49,945 nucleotides of DNA from Craspedostauros australis. Its lineage: Eukaryota. The stretch lies in assembly GCA_030167865.1 (NCBI GenBank), contig JALAGF010005131.1:1-49945 (forward strand). The letters are read 5' to 3'. Positions within the stretch are counted from its first letter, which is position 1; every line of letters starts with the position of its first letter. Below the pieces are notes generated by a model, which was given only the letters and a program-made list of their open reading frames with translations, was not told the DNA's origin and searched no databases. This document shows, in pieces, positions 44,001-49,945 of the stretch. The position numbers were made by a program, and so were the translations under genes.

Positions 44001-46335
44001 TGTCCCAGCGTGACCTCCGCACGCACAGAATCGATGAGGGTGATGCCGTATTCACAAACTGGTCGAACCTCATCATCATCGTCGTTGTCGTTGGCATCGT
44101 CGGCACCGTTCTCGCCATGCGAATTTGGAATTGCATTCGTCGCATTGCCAGTCTTCTTCTGACCGCCATCCGCATCCTTGATAATTTCACGAATCGCAAG
44201 CAACGGACCGCCATTGCCACCGCCGCCGCCAGCATCTCCGACGCCGTTCATCATCTCTGTCAGTCCGCTGGTGTCGTCGAGGTAGCAGAAGGTCCGCGTT
44301 CCCATCGTCATGATGGAGCAGACTTCGCGATTAACGACCTGCGGCTTCTTCTGACCGCGCTTGGTGTTGGCTTTGCGCTTTTTTAGCATGTCGGGTGTTT
44401 CGGTCTGTTCCACGCGCGCCACCTTGTAGCCTGCCTTGACCAGGATGTTGGAGAAGTTGCCGTATCCGATTTCGGGAAAACCAGCGTGGGCGATGTGTCC
44501 CTTCATGTAGTTGAAGCCCAGCAAGTCGACGCCGATATCGGCATCCATGTGGAACATCTCATAAAACTTGCCTGAGGACATGGTACGCACAATCAACAGT
44601 GTGGTACGCAAATTGGTCAAGTGATAAGCAGAATTGTGTTGCGTCACAATGAAACGGAAGAAGGGAAATTGCGGAATGTGAGAAAGGATGGCGATGGCAC
44701 AAAGCACTACAGTATCTCATGAATCAGAAATTCCATTCAATCATTGCACGCACGCACGCATGCACGCACGCATATATGGCAAGATATGATCACATGTTCA
44801 CGACGCAGGACAATCAACTCACCTGTTTTGAACAATAGTACCGTGTCGAAGTACTGCGCCTTGAGATCCCACCATTGCTGCACGGCGGACGTCAGTTTGA
44901 CTCCATGCCTCTCCAGTTCGCTTGGGACGATGCGCAACGTGCGGGGATTGTAGCCCGGGTCGTTGATGGATTTGCCATTCGCATCCTTGGGTTGTTGCAG
45001 GAACTTCAAGTGGTTGTGCACGTGGGAGCCCTTGGAATTGACGGCACCCTTCTGGTACATTGTGGGTTTGGGTCGAGGTGGTGGCGGTGCATTGGTTTTG
45101 GATTTAGATGGTGTTGCTGTTGCTGTTGCTGGATTGCTCGGTGATTTCGCCGTGCCAAAGCTCGTGCCGATCTGGCGTCTTGCCGATGGTTTGGATGTCG
45201 CTGTCGCCAGCTGCGATGGCAATGCTGCAGTACGCTCTGCAGCATCAACGCCTCGTGCTGCCGCGATGGATGCTGCAACTGATGGAGTGTTGGCAGACAC
45301 CGCAGAAGAAGAAGAAGAAGAAGAACCGTTGACAGATGATGGTGACACCGTGTTGGCGAACTGTCCCAACGCTGATTTTCCATTCGAAGCGGACGCAGAC
45401 GAAGCACCGGCGGGGTCATCAGCAGTTGGCGTTGCTGCCTTCGATGATGCGATATTGTGTTGGGGCGTGGATGGCGCATCGTGATGTGTGATCTTCCATT
45501 TCTTGTCGGCAGCGTTATCGCCACTTCGTTTCTTTTTCTTTTTCTTCTTGCCTTGCGATAGTTCCAGATCAGCTTCATCATCCGTGACCATCCAGTCATC
45601 GCCATTGTGATCATCGTCGTCGTCATCATCGCCGTTTGGCGCAAATACAGAACCATCATCATCGTCATCCTGATCATCCTTGTCCTCGCTCATGGTGAAT
45701 TGGAATTCCAGATCATCATTGTCATCATCACCAACGTCATCGTCCTGGATGCGACGTCGTTTGGAAGCAGATTGGGATGCTTGCGTGTTGTTCGCGGATG
45801 AATTCTGTCCTCCAGATCGTTTGGTCGCCGATGCTGCGCTGGTACTGCCTTTTTTGAGGAGACGGTACCGCTCCACGGACAGATCGATCCATTCCGTCGT
45901 CTCGTCGTCGTAGTGAATGAAGTACTGCGATGCTCCACCCCTTTGCTTCGACACGATTCCTGGGTAAAACTGATCATCGTCCGGCCAGTAGACTTCGAGA
46001 CGAGTTCCAATGGGGATCTTGGTGTGCTTATCCGAAGCTCCCGCAGTAGATGATCGCGATGGCGATGCTTGGGACAGACCGTTCTTCTGGGTGGTCTTCT
46101 TCTTGCCGTTGCCGCTGACGCTGTTGGATTTGCTGTTGCTCGCGGTGGTGCGTTGGGAGGCGAACGATCCCAACGAGGATGTTGTGGAATCTTGGCTGCA
46201 TGGTTGCTTTCCCCCAACACCTCCAGCCGCCTTCTTCATTGCCCCTGCGGAAGCAGTTGCTGCTGTCGCTGTCTTGGCCGGCTTCTTGGAGAAGAAGGAG
46301 AACAGCGTTCCCTGCTTCATCTTGCTTGCCTTCAT
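41045..46335 (-). CDS. MSH6: DNA mismatch repair protein MSH6 (exons 46335-44823 and 44571-41045)
   Basis: PIP box QGTLFSFF; Tudor domain; spliced LFKTGKFYE mismatch-binding motif; GYKVARVEQTETP; Walker A GPNMGGKST; DELGRGTST; FATHY. Confidence 0.95.
44572..44822 (-). other. Spliceosomal intron, 251 nt, in MSH6
   Basis: GTGAGT donor and CCTCAG acceptor; removal restores FKTGKFYE. Confidence 0.9.
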
Positions 46336-47235
46336 GCTGTCTTCTCTCTTCTCTACTCTACTCGTAACTTGTTCCTTCAATGCTTTTCGTGTTTTTAAAT
46401 TTGTTGATTGTTGCAGTGTGTCACTGTTGTTGTTGTTATTGTGTTTCTTCTTCCTCAAAGTTGTGGCGAATGACGAAACGGCTGTTGGGATGTGTTGTGA
46501 GGAATTGCGCAGCACAGAACTTTGTCTTGTTGACGAACATCACCACTCGCTGTTTTGGCACGCAGTTTTGGAGACTTGTCGCAATGCACACCGCGCCAAC
46601 CCGACTGCCTCGCTCAAAAATCATGTGATCGGAAACACGGTACCGGGGCTGTACGTTGGATCATGTCGGCATGAAGAAATGGCGCGAAGTTGCGTTGGAT
46701 CGAAGGAATCAAATTGGACACGACATAGATTCGATTGAGTCATACGACGAACAATGTTGATTTGTTGATGTTCGACCAGCTGGATCCATGTGCCAAGAAC
46801 GAGAAAATCCACAACAACGACAACAACAACAACGACTCTCTCCGCCTGCACAACGAACCAAGCAGGCAAAGAGAAACAGAGAAACAAGAAAGGAGAAACG
46901 CAAGGGTGTGGAGAAGAGAAGAGAAAAGTGACAACCACCATTGCTTCTCCACATCAGATCGATCCACCAAACGATCGCATGTGACGATCGTCGCGACTGC
47001 ATGTGTCGGTGTGTGCCAGTCTGCGTGTGGGTGTCTCAATAGATACCATATCATACCATTTCACGACGCTGCGCAACACTGCAGCCAGTCGCATTCGGCA
47101 TCTTTCCAGCCAGCCGGCTGATTGCCCCTTGTTTGCCCTGGTTCCTTGATTGGTTGGAGGGAGGGAGATAGATCAATTGGGTTTTTCGTCGAGGATCTCA
47201 TCTACCACTACGTAGAGCACCCTATCGTCATCATC

Positions 47236-49590
47236 ATGACAGCATCCGCCGTGTCAGGCGCCGGGAAGCCCAACAGCAGGAAGCAGCAGAAGCAGCTGCA
47301 GCAGGAACAGCAGCAGTACTTCCAGCAGCCGCACCAGCAGCACCAGCCTCAGAACTTCCGCAGGAGACTCACGGGCCGTCCCAAGATCACGGCGCGCAGC
47401 AGGAACTATGACAGGGAAGCCGTAAGGGCGCGAGCGCAGGAGAGGGAACGGGAGCGCGAGAGGCAGAGGGAGGAGCTGGCGCGCATTCCGGACTCCTGCA
47501 TACCCAAGCCGTTCCCAGGAGATCCGGAATTGGCCTCCATCTTCAAATTCTCAAGCGCCGCCGCCAACCTGGCCTTCGAGGCGGCGATGCCACCCGTCAT
47601 GCTCAAACGCGCGCGGTACAATATAGCCAAGGGAGGCAGCGCGACGGCTCCCAATTCGAAGCCGCCTGCATCGCAATCCGCCACCGGCAACGACGGAAGC
47701 AGCAATCACGACGACGAAGAGACCGACGATCATCCGGACGTGGCTCCCGGGTCCATCTCGCCTTGCGGTCTCATCGCGCCGCGCATCACCCTCACGATAT
47801 ACATCCCAACCGCCTTCGTCGGCACCGTCGTTGGAAAGGGCGGCGCCACGATCGCCTCGCTGCAGCAAAAGGCCCAGATCCAGGCCGCGAATGGCGGGGG
47901 CACGTTGCCGCCGCAGGTCCATATCCGCATCGCCATCCGTCCGCCATTTCCGGTGCGCGACACCAATTCCCGTCTCGCTGCTGCGTTTGCCTTTGCCACT
48001 GCGAATGCCACGAACCGGACTGCCGCCGCCGTGCCCGTCACGCCTGGCGTCGGCCTCAATGCTGTCGGTGGGCAAATGTACTACGCGCCCGGTAATGAGT
48101 ACGCCGCCGGGCTCATGCCAAATGATCATCTGTCTTCGGCATTGGTTGCAGCGTCTGCCTTTGCGCCCAACGACCCCGCGTTGGCCAGCTCAATCGCGAC
48201 GGTCAATGCCGGAAACGGTTTGCACGCATCGAACGCCGTGGGCAGCTTCCAACCTCACACCGCCGGCGCTGACACTGGCATCAGCACTGTCACAGGCGCA
48301 GGCACTGCAGCAACTCATGATCCAACACCGAAACCCAATAATCGCCCCAACATCATCGATCTGGAGGAGCAGCTCTCCAACTACAGCCAGCACCAGGTCA
48401 TCCTGCTGGCTCGGCAAAACAACCAATTCTCCAGCGTCTACGATTACAATGTCGACATCCCCACCTACTCCCCGCTGGACTTCTCCTCACCCTACTGGAC
48501 GCCCATCGTGCTGCACGGCGACCCCGCCTCCACCTTCTTCATTGCCAAGAAGATCGAAGGTCTCGTGGATCGCATGGTGGACGAGGTCGTCGTCGATGTG
48601 CCTCTCTCCCAAACCAAGCACGCCAACGTCATTGGCAAGCGCGGCTTGACGCTGGCACATCTCTCCGCCGACAGCAACGTCCGCATCATGGTCCCGCAAC
48701 GTCAAGTGCGCCATGACATGATCCAGCTCGAAGGCGATGTCGGCAACGTCATTTCGTGCTGCGAACGCATCCTCCAGCTCACGGCCACCAGCACCATGTC
48801 CTTCTTTCATGTCACCGATTACATCGTCGGTCCCATCCGGGAGCGTCTCGCTGCGGCCGCCACTTCTACTTCGCATGCAGGTTCCAATACAAATTCTGAA
48901 GCTGCGTCAGCCACGAACAACAGCGCCAACAGAGAAGCAGACGGCAAGGGCGGCTCTTCCCAGCAGCTGAATAATGCCGGCAACAATGCAACAAGGACAT
49001 CACAGCAATCGCAAGCGTCACAAACGCCGGGCAATCCGAAAAGCACAGCAGCGAAAGGCAAGGCAACCAATGGGGGCGAGACGACAGCACCAAGAACACC
49101 GCAAGGAAAGAGAGAAGCAATGTCTGCCAACGCCACCAATGCGGCAGCATCAATGCCAGCACAGTCATCTGGAAAGGCACAGACGAAACCTGCCTCGCCA
49201 CCAAAACCGCCCGCGCCGAAGAAGTCCTCCACGATCATCGTGCTCACCTTGATGCCATCGGCAAACAAGTTGCGAACGATATCCCGCAGAACGGACACGA
49301 CGATACGCAAGAAGAAACGCGATGAAACATCTTGGAATTTCACCATCACTGGTTCCAACGATTCGTCAGTGCGCTCCGCCGTGCACATGCTGCAGAAATG
49401 GATCGAAGATGCACGGCGCAACGCCAATAATGCAGCCACTGCGGGTGGCGGTGGTGGGAGCAACGGCAAGAATCGCGGCAACAATGTCAACAACAACAAC
49501 AACAATGGCAATGCCAACAACAAGAGAAGAAATAACAACAAGGTCAAAGACAAGCAGCAGCAACAACAAGACGTCGACGGAGGACCGTAA
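47236..49590 (+). CDS. KH-domain RNA-binding protein (two GxxG KH domains, possibly a third degenerate one), divergent from MSH6
   Basis: IPTAFVGTVVGKGGATI and HANVIGKRGLTL; ATG at 47236. Confidence 0.85.
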   Translation: MTASAVSGAGKPNSRKQQKQLQQEQQQYFQQPHQQHQPQNFRRRLTGRPKITARSRNYDREAVRARAQERERERERQREELARIPDSCIPKPFPGDPELASIFKFSSAAANLAFEAAMPPVMLKRARYNIAKGGSATAPNSKPPASQSATGNDGSSNHDDEETDDHPDVAPGSISPCGLIAPRITLTIYIPTAFVGTVVGKGGATIASLQQKAQIQAANGGGTLPPQVHIRIAIRPPFPVRDTNSRLAAAFAFATANATNRTAAAVPVTPGVGLNAVGGQMYYAPGNEYAAGLMPNDHLSSALVAASAFAPNDPALASSIATVNAGNGLHASNAVGSFQPHTAGADTGISTVTGAGTAATHDPTPKPNNRPNIIDLEEQLSNYSQHQVILLARQNNQFSSVYDYNVDIPTYSPLDFSSPYWTPIVLHGDPASTFFIAKKIEGLVDRMVDEVVVDVPLSQTKHANVIGKRGLTLAHLSADSNVRIMVPQRQVRHDMIQLEGDVGNVISCCERILQLTATSTMSFFHVTDYIVGPIRERLAAAATSTSHAGSNTNSEAASATNNSANREADGKGGSSQQLNNAGNNATRTSQQSQASQTPGNPKSTAAKGKATNGGETTAPRTPQGKREAMSANATNAAASMPAQSSGKAQTKPASPPKPPAPKKSSTIIVLTLMPSANKLRTISRRTDTTIRKKKRDETSWNFTITGSNDSSVRSAVHMLQKWIEDARRNANNAATAGGGGGSNGKNRGNNVNNNNNNGNANNKRRNNNKVKDKQQQQQDVDGGP

Positions 49591-49945
49591 AGGCGGCGCG
49601 ATGCATTCTTCAACATGTCAGCCTGCAGGCGAATGGATCAAACATGAAAACGAGCATGCAGGGGCAGGCTGGGAATGGAAGTGACATACGACCTATGACG
49701 ATACCAAATGGAAAGCACCGCCGAATCACTCCACCAGCACCGGTTTCGTTGGCGCAGCCGAGGACACAAGCGACAATACGCGCACACCAAGATGCGGTGT
49801 GTTCTCAGGTGTCAGCTCTTTCGGATTTGGTTTTCTCGGAGTTCCCATAGTGGTCTTGGCATAAAGAAGCATGAGCACAAGACTGTTCGACTTTATGAAC
49901 ACGCAACACTCTGCTCCATTCCCTACCATACAACTACACCCCCCC

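Overview
Eukaryotic genomic DNA, very probably a diatom (DUF6824 gene, CoDi-type Copia, Ambal-type LINE, short GT-AG introns). Recognisable host genes are a DUF6824 protein, an SH3BGR/glutaredoxin-like protein, galactokinase, a carbonyl-reductase-like SDR, Tudor-domain MSH6 and a KH-domain protein. The centre (~11.4-36 kb) is a transposon-rich island built on three copies of an ankyrin-repeat gene with 3, 7 and 4 near-identical 102-bp repeats. These repeats vary almost only at the predicted binding-surface codons. Reading through the stops shows each copy was originally an ankyrin/coiled-coil/BTB gene: the BTB halves are wrecked by different lesions and by insertions, while the ankyrin halves remain open. 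Mobile elements are two related ~188-bp LTRs inserted 29 bp apart in paralogous positions; a decayed 5.9-kb Copia with a half-tRNA-Lys primer site, a chromo-like domain and five TGA stops; and a full-length LINE (APE-RT-RNase H) with a 17-bp TSD, interrupted by a TG..CA element. Exact duplications flanking the 50-N gaps are treated as assembly artefacts. All calls come from motif recognition by eye; no database searches were run.
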